From IMG/VR virus record IMGVR_UViG_2899018882_000006, positions 341 through 64,340 of that record: a DNA stretch of 64,000 nt; one strand, 5' to 3'. This document shows positions 55,550-64,000 of this stretch, piece by piece. The number at the start of each line of letters is the position of its first letter. Positions within the stretch are counted from its first letter, which is position 1. Origin of the DNA: a virus. Made by a program: the position numbers and the translations under genes. The notes under the pieces were generated by a model. That model was not told where the DNA came from, ran no database searches, and saw only the letters and a program-made list of their open reading frames with translations.

Positions 55550-56944
55550 TCACATCCCTGCCGTGTCTTCCCACAAGGTGGTCTGTGTGACCTGATCCTT
55601 GAACAGGGTAAGCTTCCCATCCCAATCGAAGATGTGCCTGTCGCGCGGCGTCCCAAAGCGGTCCTTCAGTTTGTAGATTTCAATCTTCCCTCTCGAAACC
55701 TCGAGGTCTGAGTCCCACTTCTCCCGGCCTTTTCCGTTGGAAGAGGGTGGGTTTTTCTTCAGCCAGTCGTATCGGTTGAAGTTGGCGAGCATGATGTCCG
55801 CGTGTTCTTCGAGCGACCCACCGTAGAAGTCTTCCATCTCAGGCTCCGGGTGCTCCTTCTGACGAGCTGCCTTGGTGAACTGGCAGAGGCCGATCACAAC
55901 GCAGTTAAGATCCTTCGCCAATGCCTTGAGATCACGAGCGTTTTCATATGCGCGTTCGACCGGGTCCATGCGGTTCTTCGTTACACGATCGACCAGCTTC
56001 AAGTGATCGACGCAGAGAAGATCAAGGCCGAACTTACGCTTGTGAGCGAAGGCTCGGCTGCGGATCTGCTGGATGGTCATCTTCGACGGCGACACAATGG
56101 TCAGCTTGCGGTCTTGGAAAAACTTCTCCGCCTGCATGAGAGATTCCATCTGCTTCTCGTCGATGCCGCGCAGGATGTCGCGCATGGAGACGCCGGTCTG
56201 CCCGGCCACCGAGCGCGCGACCAGCGCCATGTTGTCCATCTCCAGCTCGAAGAGAGACGTTGGGTGGGAGACGGAAGAGAACAGCATTTGCTGCATCGCC
56301 GCTGCCGTCTTGCCCGAGCCGGGGTTACCGCCCCACAAAACCAGCGATCCCTGTGGGAAGAGCCCGACCATCTGTTCCAGCCCCTTGAGGCAAGGGCGCA
56401 ATGCCATGCCGCTTCCGTGCTGTGTCGCAGATGTATAGATCTGTCGGATCGTGCTCGACACGCTGGCTTCATGCTCAATGGCGGCGTTGCGCGACATATC
56501 CGCAAGGCGTTCGGATGCGCGGTCGATGATCTGATCAGGGTCGAGGTTGATGTCGTTGGCCGACTTCAGGATTCCTTCGGCCAGTGCCTTGATCTTGCGG
56601 CGGCTGGCTGTCTTGCGCAGCTCATAGGCATAGTCTGAAAGAGGCAGCTCTTCTTCACGGCTGGCAACGTGCAGGAGCATGGACAGATAGGCGTCCGGGT
56701 CTTGATCGTTGCTCAGCGAGCCGAGACGGCCTGCCACGATGGGAACGCGCACGGCTCGACCATCACTTGCCAGCTCATAGATCACAGCGAAGATCTTCTG
56801 ATGATCGTTCGATGCGAACATCTCCATGTTCATCAGCTCCTGGATGTTCCAGTAGTTGGCTTCGTCCAGGAGGATGGCGCCGAGGATAAGCTGCTCGATC
56901 TTGATGTTGCTATAGGTATTGGACGTTACGGATTCGTTGCTCAT
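55550..56944 (-). CDS. dnaB: Replicative DNA helicase, DnaB-like
   Basis: EQLILGAILLD, GNPGSGKT, ELEM, VDHL, LKALAKDL, LEEHAD, KDRFG. Confidence 0.92.
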   Translation of the reverse strand: MSNESVTSNTYSNIKIEQLILGAILLDEANYWNIQELMNMEMFASNDHQKIFAVIYELASDGRAVRVPIVAGRLGSLSNDQDPDAYLSMLLHVASREEELPLSDYAYELRKTASRRKIKALAEGILKSANDINLDPDQIIDRASERLADMSRNAAIEHEASVSSTIRQIYTSATQHGSGMALRPCLKGLEQMVGLFPQGSLVLWGGNPGSGKTAAAMQQMLFSSVSHPTSLFELEMDNMALVARSVAGQTGVSMRDILRGIDEKQMESLMQAEKFFQDRKLTIVSPSKMTIQQIRSRAFAHKRKFGLDLLCVDHLKLVDRVTKNRMDPVERAYENARDLKALAKDLNCVVIGLCQFTKAARQKEHPEPEMEDFYGGSLEEHADIMLANFNRYDWLKKNPPSSNGKGREKWDSDLEVSRGKIEIYKLKDRFGTPRDRHIFDWDGKLTLFKDQVTQTTLWEDTAGM

Positions 56945-58031
56945 CGTTCTTCCTCAAGGTCCACACGTCGAGCCAGTCATCAGGCTCCGGGGACGCATAA
57001 ATCACTGCTTCGAGGCCAGCCTCTCTGGCCCTCTTCTGAAGTTTCTTGGCCGCGGCTATGCCGGGTGGATCCACGATCTCTCCGGTCCTCTGGTGCAGGC
57101 GATGCCTGTCTCCATCCGCGTAGATCTCAAGGCGCTTGACGCCTTCTGGGATCTCCAACCCCATCATTCCCGAGGTGGACAACGCGGCCCACACAGAAGC
57201 TGGCTTGCTGGACAGGAGCGCTACCCCGAGACCTGTCTCGATGCCTTCCGTCAGCCGCAGCGTCTCCGTTACCGGCCCCAACCGCACGGCCCCGCCATTT
57301 GCAGGACCGAGACCGAGCTTCACCTTCCGGCCGTCCTCATTCACGAGGGCCTTGCCATTCGGCTGAAGGAAGATTCGCCAGATGGCGATCAGCTTGCGGT
57401 CCTTGTTCTGCACGCCGCCAATCAGGGCAGGGTGCTTTGCTCCTTGAAGCGAAAGCCCCGGATGAAACCGGAGGCTTGGCATCCACTCTGTCGCTTCCGG
57501 GAAGTCTGCCAGCTCGATCGAACGAGACCGGAGGTATTCCTCAGCCGGCGTGCCGGCTATCGGCTTTGCTTCTGCCCAGATGGAGCGAACCGTTTCCGTC
57601 TTCCTCTCCATGTCTTTCTGATCTTGTCGGGCGCGCTGCTCGTCGCGCCTTTTGCGGTCTTGTTCACGCTGGAATCGCTCGCGGCGTTCCTTCTCGGTCT
57701 CTTCCCTGCCGGGGAGATTAACCCCGGCGAGAGAGGCCACCATTTCCACCGCCCGAGGGAATGAAACGCCGTCCAATTCCATGAGGAACTTGAAATGGTT
57801 GCCGGTAACGCCGCAGCCGAAGCAATGGTAGCGGCCCTTGCGATCCTCACAGTGGAACGATGGGCGGTTTTCACCGTGGAAGGGGCAGCAGAACCAATAA
57901 TCTCCACGGTTCGGCTTGCTCTTCTTGTTGTCGACGCTGGCGCGGGTCCGAATGACTTCCGATATTGGGATGCGTTCTCGCAGATCTTCGAGGAAGCTGT
58001 CGGTAAACCGGCCGCTACCTCTCTCACGCAT
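56910..58031 (-). CDS. DNA primase (CHC2 zinc finger + Toprim)
   Basis: CPFHGENRPSF...CFGC; EGIET; ADGD; DWLD. Confidence 0.9.
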   Translation of the reverse strand: MRERGSGRFTDSFLEDLRERIPISEVIRTRASVDNKKSKPNRGDYWFCCPFHGENRPSFHCEDRKGRYHCFGCGVTGNHFKFLMELDGVSFPRAVEMVASLAGVNLPGREETEKERRERFQREQDRKRRDEQRARQDQKDMERKTETVRSIWAEAKPIAGTPAEEYLRSRSIELADFPEATEWMPSLRFHPGLSLQGAKHPALIGGVQNKDRKLIAIWRIFLQPNGKALVNEDGRKVKLGLGPANGGAVRLGPVTETLRLTEGIETGLGVALLSSKPASVWAALSTSGMMGLEIPEGVKRLEIYADGDRHRLHQRTGEIVDPPGIAAAKKLQKRAREAGLEAVIYASPEPDDWLDVWTLRKNDEQRIRNVQYL

Positions 58032-58368
58032 TACCCTGTGCCCCCGCCATATACAGATCGAGATTGGCAAATATCGCTGCCACCGCAGTGGAACGACGAG
58101 CATCGGCTTCCGAGCGCACGTCCTTGCTGAGCGTGTCGTCGTACATATCGGCGAGAGCGCGGAAGTAATCCACCGCAGCAGTCGCATTAACTTCGGACAG
58201 CTCCTCGAGGAACGTGCTGACGCCGACCAGAACGAAAACCATCCCAGAGATGCCGGTCTCCGCGCAGGCGCGGTTCGTGGCGTGGACCAGATGTCGGTGA
58301 ACCGCATCGCGGATCGCCTGTTCCTGCTCTGGAGTGACGCGCACCACCGGCTTGATTGGATTGCTCAT
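58024..58368 (-). CDS. Hypothetical protein
   Basis: Overlaps both neighbours in operon. Confidence 0.65.
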   Translation of the reverse strand: MSNPIKPVVRVTPEQEQAIRDAVHRHLVHATNRACAETGISGMVFVLVGVSTFLEELSEVNATAAVDYFRALADMYDDTLSKDVRSEADARRSTAVAAIFANLDLYMAGAQGNA

Positions 58369-58955
58369 AGGAAATTTTCCTGCTGGAAAGACCGTCCGCG
58401 ATCAAAGGCGTGGTCCGGTTCATTCATGATGCGGAGGGCGTCGAGCATGCACAGCGCTTCCGCCTCATCCTCAGTCGAGTAAGACCAGCCGTTCTTGTCG
58501 CAGTACGTTTTCGCCTGCAGCTTGAACCACTTGGATCTTTCGGCCTGCTTGGCCTTCTTCATGGTGTCAGGCACACGGAGCTTGCCGTGTGTCTTCGAGC
58601 GCCATGTCGAGATCGCTATGAACTGCGGATCCCGCAGCCCCATCGTGTGACACAGAGTCTGTGCATGGGTAGGCCAGCCCGACGAGAAGATGACCTGCTG
58701 CGCATCGATGGCTGACTTGCCACCGGGGGTGCCGTGATCGACGATGGTCATCAGCTCTATGCCAACGAGCGGATCGGGCAGGGCGCTCAGGGTTCGCTTC
58801 AGGTACTGAACGAAGGTGGCATATGCCTCTCCCGCGCTCTTCTGATTAAACTTCCAGGTGCCGTGGCGGATGTTCTCCCCACCGGCCAGACAATAAGCAA
58901 AGCCCATTGACCGGCCCGGATCGATAACAAGGTAGCTTCCGGGTGAATCGCTCAT
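58365..58955 (-). CDS. RuvC-like Holliday junction resolvase
   Basis: LVIDPGRSMGFA, VGIE, DEAEAL. Confidence 0.75.
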   Translation of the reverse strand: MSDSPGSYLVIDPGRSMGFAYCLAGGENIRHGTWKFNQKSAGEAYATFVQYLKRTLSALPDPLVGIELMTIVDHGTPGGKSAIDAQQVIFSSGWPTHAQTLCHTMGLRDPQFIAISTWRSKTHGKLRVPDTMKKAKQAERSKWFKLQAKTYCDKNGWSYSTEDEAEALCMLDALRIMNEPDHAFDRGRSFQQENFL

Positions 58956-59518
58956 GCCGGTCGCTCCGCATAGAGAAGACGGGCCGGGGCAGGGAACAGA
59001 GGTTTCGGCCCCCAGACGTACCAAGCATGGTCTTCGGTCCCTGTCTGGCCGTTGCCTTCCCAGCTAATGCGATCGACGAGAACGATCTTTGCGAGGAAGC
59101 GTGGGTTGTCAGCGAACAAATGTTTGCGGGTCTTGCCGCTGTCGAACTTCGCTGTCAGGAGCAGCGCCACATTGCCAGCGCAACGCGCCAGCGCCTTCTC
59201 TGCAAACTTGACCGCAGTACGGTTCTGCTTGCCGTAAGGTGGGTTGGTGACGATGGAGTCGTAGACCTCGTAATCATCCCGGTCAGACAGGAAGTCGAAG
59301 ATCTCGTCGTGTTCGCGGTAGTAAGTCTCGATGTCAGAGGTGTAGACCTCCGCCCCGTTGGCCCTCAGCACGTCAGCCATCTTGTGATTTCCGGCCGCTG
59401 ATTCCCAAACGTTGTATCCGCGCACGGGAAAGTATTTGAGCAGGGCTTCTGTCGCCCACGCCTCTGTTTCGTAAAGCTCGTTCTTCTTCAGGTCATATCC
59501 AGATGCGGTGACGGTCAT
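58952..59518 (-). CDS. Small DNA amino-methyltransferase
   Basis: YETEAW, WESAAG, VTNPPY, HAWYVW. Confidence 0.85.
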   Translation of the reverse strand: MTVTASGYDLKKNELYETEAWATEALLKYFPVRGYNVWESAAGNHKMADVLRANGAEVYTSDIETYYREHDEIFDFLSDRDDYEVYDSIVTNPPYGKQNRTAVKFAEKALARCAGNVALLLTAKFDSGKTRKHLFADNPRFLAKIVLVDRISWEGNGQTGTEDHAWYVWGPKPLFPAPARLLYAERPA

Positions 59519-59898
59519 TCTTTCCTCCCGACGGCGCGCATCACGCGCTTTTCCATCAGTGCTATTCGTTTGTTGAGCTGTCTGGAGAACCAGACGAGGC
59601 GGTACTTGATGGGTTCGCCGGACCTCGGCTCGCTGATGAGCCGCATGAATTTTCCGTATGGCGTTGAACCCTTGAGGCGGTTGCAGGGAGCACACGCTGC
59701 CGCGATGTTGTCCTTGCTATCGAGACCTCCGGCCGACCGCGGCTTGATGTGCTCGCGGGTTACCTGTTTGACTGTCAGCGGATCGAGACAGTAGATGCAC
59801 TTGCCGCCCTGCTTCTTCAGCGCCGACTCCCTGTCGGCTCGGGCAAATGCTGCGTCCAGTTTGGACTGCTGGAACTTCGAAAGACGCCCCTTAGCCAT
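59515..59898 (-). CDS. HNH endonuclease
   Basis: CIYC, EHIKPRSAGG, NIAAACAPCNRLKG. Confidence 0.92.
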   Translation of the reverse strand: MAKGRLSKFQQSKLDAAFARADRESALKKQGGKCIYCLDPLTVKQVTREHIKPRSAGGLDSKDNIAAACAPCNRLKGSTPYGKFMRLISEPRSGEPIKYRLVWFSRQLNKRIALMEKRVMRAVGRKE

Positions 59899-60058
59899 GG
59901 TCTCACCATGGAACCCGAGGTCGTCCGCGTGGTGACGAAACCATCGCGAGAACCTTTCAGTATGATTGGGTGAGGTATCCGGTCTTACCGGTGAGCCGCG
60001 GCGCCTTAGCGCCGGGCTTATCTCTCATGTGGCATGAATGCCGGGTCGTATTGATAGA

Positions 60059-60241
60059 TCAGGCAGCGCGAAGAGCGCTCTCGCCCCACCAGGTTTCCAC
60101 CTGACGTCCGTCGCCAGCCTTATAGCGGATCAGGTAATGCGGTTCGGTGTAGGTGTATTCAGCGCGGCCGATGATCTCGCCAGTCTCTCCGCTTTCAGCG
60201 AGCTTGACACGGTCACGGAGATTAAAAACCAAAGTGTTCAT
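60059..60241 (-). CDS. Hypothetical protein
   Basis: GEIIGRAEY...YLIRY...WWGESAL. Confidence 0.7.
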   Translation of the reverse strand: MNTLVFNLRDRVKLAESGETGEIIGRAEYTYTEPHYLIRYKAGDGRQVETWWGESALRAA

Positions 60242-60292
60242 TTCATTTTCCTTCTGTTGGCATTATTGCCGGGTTGAATGCGGTAGGCTGGA

Positions 60293-60781
60293 TCAGTCTG
60301 GCGCTTGCTCGCTCACAGCTGAGGAGAGATCCTTATTGGCGAGCTCGGTGCCGTCATTCAGGCCCTTCTGCCAGTTCTGGAACTCCTGCGAGCCCGGCTG
60401 GTACGGGTTGGTCGCGCTCTTGCGACGGCGCCCGGCTGCGAAGCCTTCGTCGTAGGCCCGGTCTTCCTGCGGTGTCCGATCCTTGTCGAGGATGTCGAGC
60501 TGGCGGCCGAGCTGGTGACCGAACATGCGGGCGATACGGAGCTTGCGTTCGAAGTCGGCAATAACTTGCCCGACGTCCTTGTCCTCGAGGGACTTGGCAA
60601 AATCGTAGTCCTTCTTGGACCAGCCGAGATCCTTCAGCCGCTTGTATTCGGCGTTCATGTCGCCCTTGGTGCCGGCCATATCCGACTCCATGCTCTTCAG
60701 GTTTGCGAAGCCTTCGAGGAACTTCTGCTCTTCGTAGAGCTCCTGTTCAGTCTTGGTGTTGTGGTCTCTGGTCATCATCAT
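60293..60781 (-). CDS. Putative GapR-like DNA-binding protein with Rmf-like tail
   Basis: DMNAEYKRLKDLGW; AYDEGFAAG...NPY...WQKG. Confidence 0.5.
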   Translation of the reverse strand: MMMTRDHNTKTEQELYEEQKFLEGFANLKSMESDMAGTKGDMNAEYKRLKDLGWSKKDYDFAKSLEDKDVGQVIADFERKLRIARMFGHQLGRQLDILDKDRTPQEDRAYDEGFAAGRRRKSATNPYQPGSQEFQNWQKGLNDGTELANKDLSSAVSEQAPD

Positions 60782-60787
60782 GCACCT

Positions 60788-61120
60788 CTATTTAGGTTGC
60801 TTCTTAATTTTGAGACGCTTTCGCGCCTCGTCTATCGAGACCCCTGATTTCAGGAGGTCGTAGTAAGCCGCCTCCTGATGAGGAGGTACGTAAAATCCCC
60901 TGCGGGATGTCTTGTAACTCTGGATATGAGGAGGAGCCTCGAATACTTTTTCGCCTGCATTATCAGCAGTTAGCTCAAGCTTCTTGATGCGTCGGATCAC
61001 CTGTATCCGGTGCACACCAAGGAGGTTGGCAATAGTACGAGTAGGAGTATTTTTGCGTACGAGGGACCGCAGTTCTCGATCGAGTTCAGCGGTCCAAATC
61101 AGGTTGCCTGTGCCAACCAT
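60788..61120 (-). CDS. HTH protein (GcrA N-terminus-like)
   Basis: WTAELDRELRSL...IANLLGVHRIQVIRRIKKLEL. Confidence 0.6.
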   Translation of the reverse strand: MVGTGNLIWTAELDRELRSLVRKNTPTRTIANLLGVHRIQVIRRIKKLELTADNAGEKVFEAPPHIQSYKTSRRGFYVPPHQEAAYYDLLKSGVSIDEARKRLKIKKQPK

Positions 61121-61126
61121 CGGGGC

Positions 61127-61426
61127 TCACTCCCCAACAGGATCACGCAAAGTCTCATCACTCGGAATATCGAACCCGAGCTCCTCTGCTGCGGCAAGGC
61201 AGGTGAGGACAATGAGACCCGTGCAAAGTTTTCCGTCTTTTTCTTCTGCTCTGAAGACGGAAACCTGCGTGCTTCCAATACGCTTGGCGAATGCCATCTG
61301 GCTTTCACCAAGTTCATTGCGGACGAATTTTATCTGACGACCAGTCAGGGTAAGCTGCTCAACTTCCGCCATAACTTGTTTGTATCGGGTCAGGATGTCG
61401 TGAAATTTGGTAGTGTTATCTCGCAT
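61127..61426 (-). CDS. Cro-like XRE transcriptional regulator
   Basis: IKFVRNELGESQMAFAKRIGSTQVSVFRAE; divergent from repressor. Confidence 0.8.
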   Translation of the reverse strand: MRDNTTKFHDILTRYKQVMAEVEQLTLTGRQIKFVRNELGESQMAFAKRIGSTQVSVFRAEEKDGKLCTGLIVLTCLAAAEELGFDIPSDETLRDPVGE

Positions 61427-61453
61427 TGTTATTCACTCCGTGTTGAATATGTA

Positions 61454-61494
61454 ATACAATGCGAATTGGCTGTGGTAAATACGAAACGTATTTA
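61454..61494. promoter_or_regulatory. Operator pair in cro/cI intergenic region
   Basis: TAAATACG-AAA-CGTATTTA (61476-94) and ATACA-ATG-CGAAT (61454-66). Confidence 0.7.
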
Positions 61495-61514
61495 ATTTGT
61501 CAGGAGACTTCGTT

Positions 61515-62177
61515 ATGCATCAAGAAGAACCGTTCCATCGCCTCAAGATCGCGCGAGTGAATGCTGGCTATAAGTCAGCAACCGATGCCGCCCGTAGTAT
61601 GGGCGTGAAGGTTGTCACATACACAGCGCATGAAAATGGCACACGCGGATTTGATAAGGACGCCCTCTTATACGCAAAGCATTACGGCGTTGACCCTGCG
61701 TGGCTGCTATTCGGGACCGTCCCATTGGCCGACCCAGCCGATGACGAAGGGCAGGCCGCTCGTTTGAAGGCGAAATCCAACGCGGCAGAACTTATCAAAT
61801 CCACAAACCTCGATGAGTTTTGGGATATGCCGAAGGACTTCCTCGAAGTCGGTCTTGATATTCACAATGACTGCGCGCGCGTCATGGAGATTGTCGGCGA
61901 TTATATGTACGATCCGTATAATCCGACCGCTCCTGGCTCACTCTTTCCGGGTGACCGCGTCATCATCGACACGAACGACACTCGTCCAACTCCTCCCGGA
62001 GCATTCGCTGTGTATGATGGTGATGCAGTTGCGATCAAGATGGTCGAAGTCCTTCCTTCTGAAGGCCCGCCGCTCGTTCGGATCACCGGCAGGAATCCTC
62101 GATATGAAGGCTACGAACGGAGTGCCTCGGACGTGCCGATTGTCGGTCGAGTTAAGGCGAAGGTGACGATGCTGTGA
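61515..62177 (+). CDS. CI-like repressor (HTH + S24-like domain)
   Basis: RLKIAR...AARSMGV...HENG..WLLFG; GDYM, PGDRVIID, AIK, NPRY, IVGRV. Confidence 0.9.
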   Translation: MHQEEPFHRLKIARVNAGYKSATDAARSMGVKVVTYTAHENGTRGFDKDALLYAKHYGVDPAWLLFGTVPLADPADDEGQAARLKAKSNAAELIKSTNLDEFWDMPKDFLEVGLDIHNDCARVMEIVGDYMYDPYNPTAPGSLFPGDRVIIDTNDTRPTPPGAFAVYDGDAVAIKMVEVLPSEGPPLVRITGRNPRYEGYERSASDVPIVGRVKAKVTML

Positions 62178-62719
62178 CGTGCCAACTTTCGTTTTTCTTC
62201 GTTTCGCCGCGCATTTTTTGGAATGAGATTTTAGCAATAATATTAAAGGCTTGAGCACTCCATAGGCTCATACCCAGAAACCAATCTACTTTACGATTCT
62301 ATATGGGTTGACCGTCTATGCTCGATTGAGAGATCGTCGTGACTCCCACAGACCAAGAACCCCGCCATGAAAAACATGGAAGGGCTCCTGGAGTAGGAGG
62401 GGTAGTCCATGCCCGACCGAGCCGACCGCCGCTTATCCCACAGGTAACGGCGCATTTGCTCGCCTTACCATCTTGGCCTCTTTTTCGTGAGCACTCACGC
62501 CGATCAGGGCAGACCACCAGCTTTCGCCGCCAGAAACCCTTTGAGCCAGATCGAATCCCGTTCCTTGCTCAATCATCTACTGCACGGCCGAACCGGTTTC
62601 CGTCATACCTTGCAGCAGACTGGACGGTTCATTCATTTTGTCTTGAGGAAATACGTGACGTATGATATTCAATCGTCACTGGATTTCCTCGTCGGCTAAA
62701 CGAATAATCTCTCCAGTCG

Positions 62720-62760
62720 CGGCCCCGTGCATTTGCTAGATGCAGCGGGGCCTTTTCTTT
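62720..62760 (+). terminator. Intrinsic terminator
   Basis: GGCCCCG...CGGGGCC followed by TTTTCTTT. Confidence 0.65.
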
Positions 62761-62785
62761 ATGCTCCTTTTTTTTGCGCTCCGTC

Positions 62786-62835
62786 AATACGTTTCGTATT
62801 TTATTTGTTGACACATACGATGCGTATAGTATTGT
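62786..62835 (+). promoter_or_regulatory. Rightward promoter with two operators
   Basis: TTGACA(62808)-16 bp-TATTGT(62830); AATACG-TTT-CGTATT (62786) and ATACG-ATG-CGTAT (62815). Confidence 0.7.
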
Positions 62836-62867
62836 GTCATTCATAGCGTAGATTTCGAGCCGACAAA

Positions 62868-63041
62868 ATGAACACCAACATTCTGAATGCAGCACAACGT
62901 GCGTCCGACCGACGCGCGGAGATGGAAGTCGCTATTCGCGCCTGGCATCAGGGCCTCCCGCTCACGACAGAGCAGAAGGATCTGATCCACGAGGCAGGAG
63001 TGGTTTCTCTCGCCCACGACATGCGGCTTCCAGATGAATGA
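62868..63041 (+). CDS. Hypothetical protein (57 aa, not in ORF track)
   Basis: First ORF after promoter; overlaps next gene. Confidence 0.5.
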   Translation: MNTNILNAAQRASDRRAEMEVAIRAWHQGLPLTTEQKDLIHEAGVVSLAHDMRLPDE

Positions 63042-63240
63042 CGAGTGGGAAATTCAGGCTGGCTTCGAGCTCTACAAGCAGTTCATCCGCGGCGGTTACG
63101 GCTCCTGCATGGAGGTCACCGTCAAGGGGAAGAAGGTCCGGGAAACACCGGAACAGGCATGCGTCCGAAGATGGCGCCGCCTCAGAGACACCGTCCGCGA
63201 AGGATTCATTGCGGAAGGCCGGAAGCAGCAAGAAACTTGA
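63034..63240 (+). CDS. Hypothetical protein
   Basis: 68-aa ORF in operon. Confidence 0.6.
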   Translation: MNDEWEIQAGFELYKQFIRGGYGSCMEVTVKGKKVRETPEQACVRRWRRLRDTVREGFIAEGRKQQET

Positions 63241-63250
63241 GGTTCATATA

Positions 63251-64000
63251 ATGAAAGTCATCTCTTTTCAGGCCGAGAACATAAAGAAGCTCGTTGCCGT
63301 TGAGATTAAGCCAGAGGGCAACCTCGTTGAAATCACCGGGAAGAACGGGCAGGGCAAGACTTCGATCCTTGATGCGATCTGGTGGGCCTTGGATGGCAAT
63401 AAGGTCATCCAGTCTAAGCCAGTGCGCGAGGGAGCTGAAGCTGGCTTCATTCGCCTCGACCTCGGAGACTACGTCGTCACCAAAAAATTCAAGGTGAAGG
63501 CTGACGGCGATGTAACGATCTCGCTCACTGTAGAAAACAGGGACGGCGCGAAGTTTGGCAGCCCGCAGGAGCTACTCAACCGCTTCCTCGGCGACCTTAC
63601 CTTCGACCCGCTCTCTTTCTCCCGTATGCGAGCTCAGGATCAGGTCAAGGCGCTCCGGTCTCTGGTCAAGGACTACGACTTCGATGCCGCTGACAAGGAA
63701 TCCAAGGAGCTTTTCACCGAGCGCACGGACGTCAACCGTTCGATCCGTGACCTGAAGGCTCGCATCGAGTCCATCGTCATCCCTGAGTGCGGCGTTTCTG
63801 AAAAGGTCAGCGTTGAAGACCTCGTGCAGGATCTTCAGAAGGCCATGGACCACAACGCCGCCGTGACCGCCGCCGAAAGCAAGGCGCAGGCCATCAACGC
63901 TGACATCGAGCGCACCCGCAACTCCATCGCCAACAAGAAACAGGCGATCAACGACCTCCAGCATGCGCTTAATCAAGAAGAGCTGAGGATCGAGGAGCTT
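63251..64000 (+). CDS. SMC/SbcC-like ATPase (partial, runs off window)
   Basis: Hand translation MKVISFQAENIKKL...ITGKNGQGKTSILDAIWWAL, then coiled coil. Confidence 0.88.
   Translation, partial: MKVISFQAENIKKLVAVEIKPEGNLVEITGKNGQGKTSILDAIWWALDGNKVIQSKPVREGAEAGFIRLDLGDYVVTKKFKVKADGDVTISLTVENRDGAKFGSPQELLNRFLGDLTFDPLSFSRMRAQDQVKALRSLVKDYDFDAADKESKELFTERTDVNRSIRDLKARIESIVIPECGVSEKVSVEDLVQDLQKAMDHNAAVTAAESKAQAINADIERTRNSIANKKQAINDLQHALNQEELRIEEL

Larger units (their letters stand above)
3467..64000. mobile_element. Temperate prophage: lambda-like head, P2-like contractile tail; continues beyond window
   Basis: Complete ordered virion, lysis, replication and immunity modules. Confidence 0.93.

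Noticed and set aside
61596..61625. Partial gapped match of array 1 block 3 (AC-AT-GG-GT-GA-TA-AA-AC-TA-GT) to the cI HTH codons AGT ATG GGC GTG AAG GTT GTC ACA TAC ACA
   Set aside because: Only 5 of 10 dinucleotides match. A rough estimate (252 x 16^-5 x 128,000 positions) gives ~30 such chance hits in this window, so it is not evidence of self-targeting.
62178..62720. ORFs 62339-62665 and 62299-62517 downstream of cI
   Set aside because: No recognisable motifs or RBS; left unannotated.

Overview
Most of the window (~3.5-64 kb, continuing past the right edge) is a temperate alphaproteobacterial (probably Rhizobiaceae-type) prophage. Its minus-strand late operon has a lambda-like head (cos candidate, TerS/TerL-GpA, portal, protease-capsid fusion), a P2-like contractile tail and a lysis cassette. 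It also has a long plus-strand early/accessory operon (35-54 kb), a minus-strand replication operon (primase, DnaB, RuvC-like, MTase, HNH) and a cro/cI switch. Left of a tRNA-Leu 3'-end fragment (att-like, 3444-3466) lies the end of a probably separate integrative element (tyrosine integrase, RNase HI). The most striking feature is at 40.5-42.5 kb: a stand-alone Cas7/RAMP-like gene and a partner gene, interleaved with three non-coding arrays of 5-nt GGY-NN units punctuated by GGCA. This is a candidate RNA-guided system whose information would sit in the variable dinucleotides. Also notable are ~18 copies of a small tetraloop hairpin just upstream of Shine-Dalgarno sites in the early operon, a ~400-nt structured leader, a repressor lacking its catalytic Ser, and a flavoprotein in the tail module. 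All family calls come from motif recognition by eye; no searches were run.
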